Source of the DNA: Nitrosospira multiformis ATCC 25196
GTDB lineage: Bacteria; Pseudomonadota; Gammaproteobacteria; Burkholderiales; Nitrosomonadaceae
Direction: 5' to 3'
Length of the DNA: 32,000 nucleotides
NCBI RefSeq assembly: GCF_000196355.1
Contig: NC_007614.1
Coordinates: 960,001-992,000, forward strand
Part shown: piece after piece, positions 19,758-28,872 of the stretch
How the letters are laid out: each line of letters begins with the position of its first letter
Position numbering within the stretch: the first letter of the stretch is position 1
Notes under the pieces: model-generated
Told to the model about the DNA's origin: nothing
Seen by the model: only the letters and a program-made list of their open reading frames with translations
The model's database searches: none
Translations under genes and position numbers: made by a program

Positions 19758-21533
19758 CTAATAAGTTCGTGCCTTCGGTGGAAAGGATTCGACCGTCAAG
19801 GGCTTCAGCCGTACCGGCTTGTAATCGAGTCGCCGGTCTTCGCTGAAATACAATGTGTGTTTGAGCCACTTGTCGTCATCACGATGGGGAAAGTCATCCC
19901 GCGCATGGGCCCCCCGGCTTTCCTTGCGGGCTTGGGCCGAAACCATCGTCGCCAGGGCGACTTCCACCAGATTATCGAGTTCCAGCGCTTCTACCCGCGC
20001 AGTATTGAACACCCGGCTTTTATCCCTGATCTCGGTATTTTTGACGCGCTCCGCCACTTCCGAGATTTTATCGACCCCTTGCTTGAGCAAATCTGCAAAA
20101 CGGAATACGCCGCAATGCGCCTGCATGGTCTTGCGCAGCATATCCCCTACCTGCGCCACGTTCTCGCCGTCCTTCCGGGAATCCAGCCGCGCCAGTCGGG
20201 CGAGCGCCTTGTCTGCCGCGTCTCCGGGTAAATGTTTATGATGGGTATTCCTTTTCAAGTCTTCGATGATCTGGTTGCCCGCAGCGCGACCGAATACCAG
20301 TATATCGAGCAGCGAATTGGTTCCCAGCCGATTGGCGCCATGCACGGATACGCACGCGCATTCACCCACGGCATAGAATCCCTGCACCACTTCCTCGGGG
20401 CCCGTTTTGTAGGGCGCTACTACCTGACCATGAAAATTCGTCGGAATTCCTCCCATCATGTAATGCGCGGTGGGGACTACCGGAATGGGCTCCTGGACCG
20501 GGTCTGCGTGAGCAAACTTTATGGCAATTTCACGTATGCCAGGCAGCCGCGCCTTGATAACGTTCCCTCCCAGATGATCCAGCTTTAGCAGCAGATGATC
20601 AGCGTCCCTGCCGCATCCGCGCCCTTCCTTGATTTCCGTCGTCATCGCGCGCGAGACGACATCGCGGCTGGCAAGGTCTTTCGCATGCGGCGCATAGCGC
20701 TCCATGAAACGCTCGCCGTCCTTATTGAGCAGGTAACCGCCTTCCCCACGCACCGCCTCGCTGATAAGGATTCCTACACCATATACTCCCGTCGGGTGAA
20801 ACTGCCAGAATTCCATGTCCTGTAATGGCACCCCCGCGCGCGCCGCCATCGCCAGACCGTCGCCCGTGTTGATGAAAGCATTGGTGCTGGCACTGAATAT
20901 CCGTGCTCCCCCGCCGGTTGCAAACAGTGTCGCTCTTGCCTGCAGGATCATGACTTCGCCGGTTTCGATGTCGAGCGCTGAGACGCCTAACACATCACCA
21001 TGCTCGTCACGAATGAGATCGAGCCCCATCCATTCGACAAAAAACTGGGTATTTGCCCGCACATTGCGCTGATAAAGCGTGTGCAGCATGGCATGGCCAG
21101 TGCGGTCAGCAACGGCGCATGAACGCGTTGCCTGTGCGCCCCCGAAATTCTGCGATTGCCCCCCGAAAGGGCGCTGGTAAATCTTTCCGTTTTCCAGCCG
21201 GTCGAAAGGCATGCCGTAATGTTCGAGCTCATATACCACTTCGCTTGCCTGGCGGCACATGAATTCGATCGCGTCCTGGTCGCCGAGATAATCGGAACCT
21301 TTTACCGTGTCGTACATGTGCCAGTGCCAGTTGTCTTCGGTGACGTTTCCGAGCGCCGCGGCGATGCCGCCTTGGGCGGCAACCGTATGGGAGCGGGTGG
21401 GGAAAACCTTGGACAGTACGGCCACCTTGAGGCCCGCTTCCGACAATTGCAGCGCTGCGCGCATTCCGCCGCCGCCTGCGCCAACGATGACCGCATCGAA
21501 TTTTCGCCGTGCTACTGTCACGCTATCCTTCAC
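19758..21533 (-). CDS. sdhA: Succinate dehydrogenase flavoprotein subunit
   Basis: 591 aa; FDAVIVGAGGGGMRAALQLSEAGLKVAVLSKVFPTRSHTVAAQGGI, HGANRLGTNSLLDILVFGRAAG, HARDDFPHRDD. Confidence 0.98.
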   Translation of the reverse strand: MKDSVTVARRKFDAVIVGAGGGGMRAALQLSEAGLKVAVLSKVFPTRSHTVAAQGGIAAALGNVTEDNWHWHMYDTVKGSDYLGDQDAIEFMCRQASEVVYELEHYGMPFDRLENGKIYQRPFGGQSQNFGGAQATRSCAVADRTGHAMLHTLYQRNVRANTQFFVEWMGLDLIRDEHGDVLGVSALDIETGEVMILQARATLFATGGGARIFSASTNAFINTGDGLAMAARAGVPLQDMEFWQFHPTGVYGVGILISEAVRGEGGYLLNKDGERFMERYAPHAKDLASRDVVSRAMTTEIKEGRGCGRDADHLLLKLDHLGGNVIKARLPGIREIAIKFAHADPVQEPIPVVPTAHYMMGGIPTNFHGQVVAPYKTGPEEVVQGFYAVGECACVSVHGANRLGTNSLLDILVFGRAAGNQIIEDLKRNTHHKHLPGDAADKALARLARLDSRKDGENVAQVGDMLRKTMQAHCGVFRFADLLKQGVDKISEVAERVKNTEIRDKSRVFNTARVEALELDNLVEVALATMVSAQARKESRGAHARDDFPHRDDDKWLKHTLYFSEDRRLDYKPVRLKPLTVESFPPKARTY

Positions 21534-21885
21534 CTATCCAGAGAATTTCCACAGACCAGATGGCATAAGACAGCAGTGACAGTATGACCAGTATTTCCAG
21601 AATGAGGCGGATACCAGCAGGATGAACGTAATCCATCAGTATGTTGCGCATTCCGATCCATGCATGCCAGAACAGGCTCAGAAGAAACAGGAAGGATGCT
21701 ACCCGCATCCACTGGTTATCGAACAGTGTCTTGAAGGACGCGTAGTCCTGCGGGGGGGAAACCAGCAGCACCCCTGCCAGCATCAGGATATAGATGGCCA
21801 TTACCGCGGCGGTGACGCGTTGCGCCAGCCAGTCGCGAAGCCCGTAATGCGCCCCGGTTATCGCCCGCACTGGACGCTTTACCAT
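21523..21885 (-). CDS. sdhD: Succinate dehydrogenase membrane anchor subunit
   Basis: 120 aa, three hydrophobic segments, RVTAAVMAIYILMLAGVLL, HAWIGMRNILMDYVHP; overlaps the sdhA start by 11 bp. Confidence 0.92.
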   Translation of the reverse strand: MVKRPVRAITGAHYGLRDWLAQRVTAAVMAIYILMLAGVLLVSPPQDYASFKTLFDNQWMRVASFLFLLSLFWHAWIGMRNILMDYVHPAGIRLILEILVILSLLSYAIWSVEILWIGEG

Positions 21886-22298
21886 ATTACAGCGCCGGTC
21901 AGCAGGGTGAGAACGATTCCCGCTCCCACAACCACTTTGCTGCTTAGCCGTGCCTGTTCAAGTTTTACGCCGTAATGCAGATCCAGCGCAAGATAACGGA
22001 TTCCTGCGCAGAAGTGATGCAGGAAGAACCAGAGCGCCAGTATCAGTCCGAACTTTGCCATAGGATTGTTCAAGAAGGATTGAAGCCGGGCGTAGTCTTC
22101 CGAGGAACCTAGCGCCATATCGAGACCGCAAAGGACGAGAGGAATACCGGGAAAGAACAGCAGCGCTCCACTGATGCGGTGCAGGATCGATATCACTGCG
22201 GGCAGGGGCTGCCGGATTTTCAGGAGATCAAGATATTTGGGGCGCTTTTTTGGCAATTTCGATCCCGCTGTTGTTATTGTTACTCGAAGGGTGATCAC
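21879..22298 (-). CDS. sdhC: Succinate dehydrogenase cytochrome b556 subunit
   Basis: KKRPKYLDLLKIRQPLPAVISILHRISGALLF, LHHFCAGIRYLALDLHYG heme-ligand region; start codon uncertain (possible internal TTG before PKKRPK). Confidence 0.92.
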   Translation of the reverse strand: MITLRVTITTAGSKLPKKRPKYLDLLKIRQPLPAVISILHRISGALLFFPGIPLVLCGLDMALGSSEDYARLQSFLNNPMAKFGLILALWFFLHHFCAGIRYLALDLHYGVKLEQARLSSKVVVGAGIVLTLLTGAVIW

Positions 22299-22670
22299 GT
22301 TGAGGTTGCGATTAAGTTTAGACCGTTATTGCAGGGGATACAACCACGCGAGCCATCAAGGAGCATACTGCGCTTTCCGCTTTCCGGCCCGGCGGAAGAT
22401 ACTTCGAATGCTGAACCGGAATTGATAAACTGAAATTGACAACCGATGGGGAATGTTTTTATAGTCCCGGTTTCTTTGCTCCTGTTCAATGTGCTCGATG
22501 CACCTGGAGCAGATTGTAGGGGCCGTTCCCGAAGTATTGTCTGCCAAACTTATCCATCTGAGAGGTGCGATTCACTTTTCCGCTTCTCTGTCTGGTCCGG
22601 TTCGTTACAGCCTGAAGGACGCAATGGAAAATTACTACTCGGTAGTATATCTACAGGAGCATAAGAAAAA

Positions 22671-23654
22671 ATGAAGACTCCCATCCGTGTCGCCGTAACC
22701 GGCGCCGCCGGCCAGATAGCTTACAGTCTCTTGTTTCGTATCGCAGCGGGCGACATGCTTGGCGAGGATCAGCCTGTCATTCTGCAATTGCTGGATATTC
22801 CTCAATCGTTGCCTTCCTTGAAAGGCGTTGTCATGGAACTGGACGACTGTGCCTTTCCATTACTGAGGGACATCACCATTACCGACGACCCCAAAACGGC
22901 TTTTCGCGACATAAATATCGCCATGCTGGTTGGTGCCCGTCCGCGCACCAAGGGTATGGAACGCAAGGATCTGCTGGAAGCAAACGGTACGATATTCCGT
23001 GCGCAGGGGAAGGCGCTCGACGAGGTTGCCGGGCGCGATGTGAAAGTCCTGGTGGTGGGGAATCCCGCCAATACCAATGCCTATATCACGATGAAAAATG
23101 CGCCGAGTCTGAAGCCGACCAGCTTCTCGTCGATGATGCGACTGGACCATAACCGCGCAGTGTTCCAGCTTGCCGTCAAGGTCGGCCAGCCGGTTTCCAG
23201 TGTGAGAAAGATGATCGTATGGGGGAATCACTCCTCAGCCCAATATCCCGATTTGAGCCATGCCGAGGTGGACGGCCATAATGCCGCTGACCTCGTCAAT
23301 GACATGGCATGGATAGAAACCGGTTTCATTCCCGTAATACAGAAGCGCGGCATGGAGGTGATCGAGGCGCGTGGTTCTTCGAGTGCGGCCAGCGCGGCCA
23401 ACGCCGCAATCTGCCACATGCGCGACTGGGTTTCGGGCACTCCCGAAGGTGACTGGGTGTCCATGGGTATTCCTTCGGATGGAAGCTACGGCATCCCGGA
23501 AGGAGTTATCTATGGTTACCCCGTGACCTGTCAGGGCGGTGAATACAAGATCGTGCCCGACCTGGAAATAAGCGAGTTCAGCAGGATGAAGATGCAGGCG
23601 AGCTACCGGGAATTAATGGGAGAGCGCGAGTCGATAAAGCATCTGCTTGGATAA
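22671..23654 (+). CDS. mdh: Malate dehydrogenase
   Basis: 327 aa; [77 protein letters not shown]. Confidence 0.97.
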   Translation: MKTPIRVAVTGAAGQIAYSLLFRIAAGDMLGEDQPVILQLLDIPQSLPSLKGVVMELDDCAFPLLRDITITDDPKTAFRDINIAMLVGARPRTKGMERKDLLEANGTIFRAQGKALDEVAGRDVKVLVVGNPANTNAYITMKNAPSLKPTSFSSMMRLDHNRAVFQLAVKVGQPVSSVRKMIVWGNHSSAQYPDLSHAEVDGHNAADLVNDMAWIETGFIPVIQKRGMEVIEARGSSSAASAANAAICHMRDWVSGTPEGDWVSMGIPSDGSYGIPEGVIYGYPVTCQGGEYKIVPDLEISEFSRMKMQASYRELMGERESIKHLLG

Positions 23655-23683
23655 GCCGCACTCCCGTCTTCGTTTCTCCTTTC

Positions 23684-24583
23684 ATGCCTGCCTCTGCCGG
23701 TTCCCGTTTTCGCGCAGCGCTTGACGCGGAAATGCCCCTGCAGATCGCAGGCTGCATCAATGCGTATGCCGCTCGCATGGCAGAGCGTATCGGCTTCAGG
23801 GCATTGTATCTCTCGGGTGGAGGGGTGGCTGCGGCATCTCTCGGAGTACCCGATCTTGCCATTTCCACCCTTGAGGATGTGCTGGTCGACGTGCGGCGCA
23901 TTACCGATATCACGGATCTGCCGTTGCTGGTGGACGCGGATACCGGTTTTGGCGGTGTTCTCAATATCGGCCGTACTGTGAAATCATTGATAAAAGCCGG
24001 GGCTGGCGCGCTCCATATCGAAGATCAGGTGCAGGTCAAGCGTTGCGGTCACCTTCCAGGCAAGGCTGTGGTCAGTGAAATGGAAATGATGGAACGGATT
24101 GGCGCTGCGGTGGATGCAAGAATCGATCCCGCTTTCGTCATCATGGCGCGTACGGATGCACTCGCGGTGGAGGGACTGCAAGCCGCCATTGATCGGGCCT
24201 GTGCTTATGTGGAGGCGGGCGCGGACATGATCTTCCCCGAGGCCGTGGCTGACCTGCAAACCTACCGGCGCTTTGCGGCAGCGGTCAAGGTGCCCATCCT
24301 GGCCAACATTACGGAATTCGGCGCAACTCCCCTCTATACAGTCAAGGAGTTGGCCCAGGCAGATGTTTCCCTGGTGCTTTATCCACTTTCCGCATTTCGC
24401 GCCATGAGTGCCGCTGCGTTGAATGTATATCGAACAATACGCGCGGAAGGCTCGCAAAAAAGCGCGCTCCCGAGCATGCAGACCCGTGCCGAGTTGTATG
24501 AATTTCTCGACTACCGTGCCTATGACGAGAAGCTGAATCTTCTGTTCAAGCCCGAAAAACCGGAAGAACCTGAAAATGAATGA
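23684..24583 (+). CDS. prpB: 2-methylisocitrate lyase (PEP mutase/isocitrate lyase superfamily)
   Basis: 299 aa; [70 protein letters not shown]. Confidence 0.93.
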   Translation: MPASAGSRFRAALDAEMPLQIAGCINAYAARMAERIGFRALYLSGGGVAAASLGVPDLAISTLEDVLVDVRRITDITDLPLLVDADTGFGGVLNIGRTVKSLIKAGAGALHIEDQVQVKRCGHLPGKAVVSEMEMMERIGAAVDARIDPAFVIMARTDALAVEGLQAAIDRACAYVEAGADMIFPEAVADLQTYRRFAAAVKVPILANITEFGATPLYTVKELAQADVSLVLYPLSAFRAMSAAALNVYRTIRAEGSQKSALPSMQTRAELYEFLDYRAYDEKLNLLFKPEKPEEPENE

Positions 24584-24613
24584 ACCTGAAAATGAATGAA
24601 TCTGACAATGAAT
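24566..24613 (+). repeat. 16-bp tandem repeat, 3 copies plus degenerate partial, spanning the prpB stop and prpC start
   Basis: GAACCTGAAAATGAAT (24566-24581), GAACCTGAAAATGAAT (24582-24597), GAATCTGACAATGAAT (24598-24613), then AAACCTGATGG. Confidence 0.85.
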
Positions 24614-25771
24614 AAACCTGATGGAAGCACTGTGAGCACTGCGCCGAAGAAAAAATCTGTGGTGTTGTCCGGGGTGCGGGCTGGCAATACGGCCATTTGC
24701 AGCGTGGGGCGTACAGGGAACGATTTGCATTATCGCGGCTATGACATTCTGGATATAGCGGAAAGCAGCGAATTTGAAGAAATTGCCTACCTGCTGGTGT
24801 ACGAAAAGTTGCCCACGGTGGCCGAGCTCGCCGCCTACAAGGAGAAACTGGAAAAGCTGCGCGATCTGCCGGCCAGGGTAAAAACCCTGCTGGAGACGAT
24901 ACCTGCAAGCGCTCATCCCATGGATGTGTTGCGCACAGGAGTTTCCGCGCTGGGTACGGTGCTGCCGGAAGCCGAGATACATACGGTGGAGGGTGCGCGG
25001 GACATCGCAGACCGGCTGCTGGCCTCCATGGGCTCCATGCTGCTGTACTGGTACCACTATTCTCATCACGACCGCCGCATCGGACTGGACTCAGATGACG
25101 ATTCCATTGGCGGACATTTTTTGCACCTCCTGCACGGCAAGCCACCCCCCCAATCCTGGATAAAGGCAATGCATGCCTCCCTGATCCTGTATGCCGAGCA
25201 TGAGTTCAATGCCTCCACCTTTACCGCTCGAGTGATTGCAGGGACGGAATCGGATTTCTACTCCGCCATAACGGGTGCTATCGGCGCGTTGCGCGGCCGC
25301 AAACACGGGGGTGCCAATGAGGTTGCATTTGACATCCAGACACGCTATCGCAGCCCGGATGAGGCCGAGGCGGACATTCGCCGTCGAGTGACGAACAAGG
25401 AGATCATCACCGGTTTCGGCCATCCCGTCTATACCGCTGGCGACCCGCGCAACCGGGTAATTCGCGAAGTGGCAAGGAAGCTGTCGGCCGAGGCAGGAGA
25501 CATGCAGATGTTCAACGTGGCCGAGCGGTTGGAAACGGTGATGTGGAGCATCAAGAAGATGTTCCCCAACCTGGACTGGTACTCTGCCGTGGGTTATCAC
25601 ATGATGGGCATCCCCACGGCCATGTTCACCCCGCTGTTTGCGATTGCCCGCACCAGCGGCTGGGCTGCCCACATCATCGAGCAGCGGATGGACGGAAAGA
25701 TTATTCGCCCTTCGGCGAATTACATCGGACCGGAAGAACGGGAGTTTGAGCCGATTGAGGCGCGCAGATAG
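24596..25771 (+). CDS. prpC: 2-methylcitrate synthase (citrate synthase family)
   Basis: 391 aa; [90 protein letters not shown]. Start may be 24596 or 24608. Confidence 0.93.
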   Translation: MNLTMNKPDGSTVSTAPKKKSVVLSGVRAGNTAICSVGRTGNDLHYRGYDILDIAESSEFEEIAYLLVYEKLPTVAELAAYKEKLEKLRDLPARVKTLLETIPASAHPMDVLRTGVSALGTVLPEAEIHTVEGARDIADRLLASMGSMLLYWYHYSHHDRRIGLDSDDDSIGGHFLHLLHGKPPPQSWIKAMHASLILYAEHEFNASTFTARVIAGTESDFYSAITGAIGALRGRKHGGANEVAFDIQTRYRSPDEAEADIRRRVTNKEIITGFGHPVYTAGDPRNRVIREVARKLSAEAGDMQMFNVAERLETVMWSIKKMFPNLDWYSAVGYHMMGIPTAMFTPLFAIARTSGWAAHIIEQRMDGKIIRPSANYIGPEEREFEPIEARR

Positions 25772-25809
25772 CTGCTAGGTAAAGCAGATCAGTGAAGATT
25801 TAACTTTAT

Positions 25810-26080
25810 AGATACGCACGACTTCGAAATCCAAAATATTCTTCGCGTAAGTTGCGGTACTATCCAGAGTCGCCTTCAGCAACAACGCTGTGTCAGGTAC
25901 ACCGGATAATCGGGATCATAGTGAATTCGCATCTCCAATACTCCTCAGCCTACGGGTTTACAGTCACTAAAATTTCCCAGCTCAGCACGACGTAATCTGG
26001 TATCGATTCGTACTTTTGCCTGAATATCGTAAGCAGGCAAACCAGTCAACATAGATTTCCGCTTCAATAAGCTGGTTCAC
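25810..26080 (-). pseudogene. Decayed RelE/HigB-like (phage Gp49-like) addiction-module toxin
   Basis: Minus-strand conceptual translation: VNQLIEAEIYVDWFACLR / frameshift / DIQAKVRIDTRLRRAELGNFSDCKPVG*GVLEMRIHYDPDYPVYLTQR / frameshift. Family proteins read like '...WFxxLRDxxAKARIxxRLxRxxLGNxGDxKPVGxGVxEMRIxYGPGYRVYF'. In-frame TGA at 25945-25947. Confidence 0.65.
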
Positions 26081-26246
26081 TCCCGTCGTGATGACAAGAT
26101 AAATGGGAGGCATCAAAGCTCGATCAGGAAATGAACTATATTGATATTGGTAATGCTTTACCGTGTGGAAGATAGCGGTGGGACGTCTTGTTCTGCCATG
26201 GCTAAAAGTATCGCTGTATGCTCACTGGTCCCCTCAGGAAGCAGAG

Positions 26247-27602
26247 ATGCAACTGAACCCATCATTGATCCCTCATTCGTCAGAGCAGCACGTTGACTGG
26301 GAGAAAGCGCTGCATGGCGGCAACGATGCGCTGCTGACGCAACTTGCAGCCGATGATGATCCCGCTGCTGCTCTTCTGGAACTTGAAAGCTACATCAATG
26401 GGATCTACCGCGGCAGCCCGTCTCCCTTATCCAAACCGCTGCCGGATATCCGCTTGGAGGTGCGACGGGCGCTACCCTATGTGGATGAAATTCGGGATCG
26501 CCTGGGATGGCAGGTGCGGGATTTCGATCTTGGGTTGCTGCGCTTGATTCGTGGCTCGAGCACGTTATCGCCCGTGCTGGGGGCAGGGGTCTCGATGGAT
26601 GCAGGGGCGCCCTCCTGGCCCGAACTGGTGCGTTTGATGCTGGAGGAAACGCTCGACAAGGGTCTGGAGTTCTACGAGTCCGTTCCCGCCGCTGACAATC
26701 CGGCTCAGCCGCCTATCGAGTTTCTTCCCGACGGCACGGTGCGCACGGGCGGAACCGGAACCTGGCGTTTCGAGCAACGCGTCAGCGAAGTGAAGCGCTA
26801 TACGGCTGAGCAGGAACAAACGGCGAGGAACGTCCTTGCAGAGGTCAAGGCCAAAGGTTCTTCAACCGATGTCGAGACGCTCATGCACGGGGCGCAGGTC
26901 TGCTACGATCTTTGCGGCCAGCATCTTTTTCGTCTGCTCACGAAAATCATCTATACACGTGCGAAAGAGCCAAGCGAAGTCCATCGGGTTATTGCCGAAC
27001 TGGCGCAGGCGCAAGAGGTACCCGTGCGCGGCCCTGGTTTGTTTCCCGGATGGGATTCAATTATCACCTACAATATCGATGCACTAATGTCGGAAGCGCT
27101 CGCGGAGCAGAAAATACCGCACGCTGCCTGGGCGATGAAGGGTGACAAGCTGCGGGGCAATCCGGATGAACTCGCTCAGAAGAGTTCATGGCATGAACCT
27201 ATCTTTCATCTTCACGGTTTTTCGCCGCGGCGGCTGTTCATGATCACGAATGTGCGCTTTGTATTTTCCACTTCTCAGTACCTCACGACGTACAAAGGGC
27301 CGCGATCAAGGATATTGGAAGCGGTCTACGACGAATTTCTGGCGAATCCTGTGCGCATTGCGCTTTATATAGGGTGTTCGTTTGCCGATGAAGCGATGAA
27401 CGGCCTCCTGCGTGAGGCCTTCGCGGAATACCCGGGGCGCTATCACTATGCATTGCTGAAATGGCCGCGAGACAGGAAAGGAAAGGAGCCGGACAGGAGC
27501 GAGATCGCCGCCGAGTCCGCAAAATATCTCGAGTTTGGGGTGCGGCCGATTTGGTTCGATGATTTCGCCGAATTACCCGGGTTGATCCGGCAGCTGCAAT
27601 GA
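26247..27602 (+). CDS. Standalone SIR2-like (NAD-binding/NADase-type) domain protein
   Basis: PVLGAGVSMDAGAPSWPELVRLML (motif at ~26580), IITYNIDALMSEAL (~27069), PIFHLHGF (~27207), VFSTSQYLTTY, and IALYIGCSFADEAMNGLLREAF in SIR2 order. ORF open from GTG 26163; ATG 26247 proposed as start. Confidence 0.8.
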   Translation: MQLNPSLIPHSSEQHVDWEKALHGGNDALLTQLAADDDPAAALLELESYINGIYRGSPSPLSKPLPDIRLEVRRALPYVDEIRDRLGWQVRDFDLGLLRLIRGSSTLSPVLGAGVSMDAGAPSWPELVRLMLEETLDKGLEFYESVPAADNPAQPPIEFLPDGTVRTGGTGTWRFEQRVSEVKRYTAEQEQTARNVLAEVKAKGSSTDVETLMHGAQVCYDLCGQHLFRLLTKIIYTRAKEPSEVHRVIAELAQAQEVPVRGPGLFPGWDSIITYNIDALMSEALAEQKIPHAAWAMKGDKLRGNPDELAQKSSWHEPIFHLHGFSPRRLFMITNVRFVFSTSQYLTTYKGPRSRILEAVYDEFLANPVRIALYIGCSFADEAMNGLLREAFAEYPGRYHYALLKWPRDRKGKEPDRSEIAAESAKYLEFGVRPIWFDDFAELPGLIRQLQ

Positions 27603-27709
27603 CGTGCACCGCGATTTGCGATAACTATGCTGGAATCATTGGGGTCCTTTCTATTAATAGGCGCCTCTGAATATCGATCAGTCCTCGGATTTTCCGGCTT
27701 TCTGAGAAA

Positions 27710-28378
27710 TTAACCCCCGGAAGGTTGAATGCCTCTCAGTATCTTGCCTGGCGGTGGTGGGGGAGGAACGCCGGGCGGTGGGGGAGGAATGCTCACTGTT
27801 CCCCGTGGCGCGGGCGGCGGAGGTGGATAGGAAGAGGAAGAAGGCGGATAAGAAGGGGAGGTGTAACGACCTCCTGGATAGGTGTTCGTGACCTGGCCGT
27901 ATACCGGTACCTGGTGTCCCTTGGCGTACATGCACTGCACGTAGGCGGCGTCATAACGCTCCTGGGAAATCGAACCCGAGGCTCCCGCGGTACCGATGCC
28001 AGCCAGGCTTCCTGCCAACGCGCCGGTACCGGCTCCAATCGCTGCGCCGTGTCCACCTCCCAAGGCAGCGCCAGCCGCAGCCCCTACTCCAGCCCCTACG
28101 GCGGCGCTTCCCACCCCGCTGGATACCGAAGCGCGGCTCGGCGTATTCCCTCCCACCTGATCATGGGCAAACTGCCGGCAGAGGTAGTCGTCGTAGCGGA
28201 ACTCGTCGAAGCTTCTTCCTGTGCCCGGCAGTGCCATCATGCTCGGACCCGTTGGCATACTGACGCATGCAGTGAGCGAAGTCAGCGCGAGTAGCGGGAG
28301 GAATAACTTCGTCCAGCGCGCTTTATCCGAGCCCGGGGATTTCCTGAATATGGATTGGATCATGATGATTTGGCTCAT
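27710..28378 (-). CDS. Putative outer-membrane lipoprotein with glycine-zipper domain and proline-rich C-terminus
   Basis: LFLPLLALTSLTACVSMP lipobox; GVGSAAVGAGVGAAAGAALGGGHGAAIGAGTGALAGSLAG; tail PPPPPAPRGTVSIPPPPPGVPPPPPPGK. ATG at 28378 chosen over the longer track ORF (28795). Confidence 0.8.
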   Translation of the reverse strand: MSQIIMIQSIFRKSPGSDKARWTKLFLPLLALTSLTACVSMPTGPSMMALPGTGRSFDEFRYDDYLCRQFAHDQVGGNTPSRASVSSGVGSAAVGAGVGAAAGAALGGGHGAAIGAGTGALAGSLAGIGTAGASGSISQERYDAAYVQCMYAKGHQVPVYGQVTNTYPGGRYTSPSYPPSSSSYPPPPPAPRGTVSIPPPPPGVPPPPPPGKILRGIQPSGG

Positions 28379-28872
28379 TGACCGGGTTGAGGGGCTACCT
28401 GCAGCCAGCCTTCCGGGCAATTTTTGACATAGGGATAATAGCCTTCGGGATTGCGGCAATAATGCCAGTAACTGGCCGCCGGCGGCTGGGGTTGGGATTG
28501 GATCACCGGCGGCTGCTGAATGTAAACAGGGGGCTGTGCCGGCGTTACAACCACTGGCGCCAGAGGGGGATACGCATAGCCGGGCGTGTAGCCATACCAG
28601 GGGGTAAACCCGTAAGCCGGATAGCTGTAGGGCGCGTACCCGTACGGCGGCCCGTAGCGGTAATAAGGTGGATAGTAGGGTCCTCTGCCGTAGTAACCCA
28701 GGCCATAGCCGCCCAATACCCCCAGTCCGAAAGCCAATCCGGGGCCGTGCCAATGGCCCCCGTGACCTCCGTAATGACCTCCTCTGTCTGCCCATGCCGC
28801 AGTTGCCGAAAACGATCCGAGCAAAATGAGGAAAGCATATATGAATCCCTTTTTTTTCATGCCAGTCTCCAC
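28375..28872 (-). CDS. Secreted/periplasmic Gly-Tyr-Pro-rich protein with conserved C-terminal YCxNPxGYYPYVKxCPxGW motif
   Basis: Signal peptide MKKKGFIYAFLILLGSFSATAAWA; GGHYGGHGGHWHGPG repeats; C-terminus SYWHYCRNPEGYYPYVKNCPEGWLQVAP. Start may be 28872 or 28860. ATGA overlap with downstream lipoprotein gene. Confidence 0.75.
   Translation of the reverse strand: METGMKKKGFIYAFLILLGSFSATAAWADRGGHYGGHGGHWHGPGLAFGLGVLGGYGLGYYGRGPYYPPYYRYGPPYGYAPYSYPAYGFTPWYGYTPGYAYPPLAPVVVTPAQPPVYIQQPPVIQSQPQPPAASYWHYCRNPEGYYPYVKNCPEGWLQVAPQPGQ

Noticed and set aside
26163-27602. Calling the SIR2 gene a complete named defence system (Thoeris, SIR2-HerA, SIR2-Argonaute/SPARSA)
   Set aside because: No TIR, HerA/FtsK-like ATPase, or Argonaute gene is present nearby in the window, so only a standalone SIR2 protein can be supported.
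27740-27870. Repetitive GGTGG/GGAGG-rich stretch that could look like a DNA repeat array
   Set aside because: Explained by polyproline codons in the C-terminus of the minus-strand lipoprotein; irregular spacing and no conserved repeat/spacer structure, so not a CRISPR.
28379-28795. Upstream part of the 361-aa minus-strand ORF 27710..28795
   Set aside because: Low-complexity frame antisense-free of any domain and entirely overlapping the exported protein gene 28375..28872. The real lipoprotein starts at 28378 by ATGA overlap.
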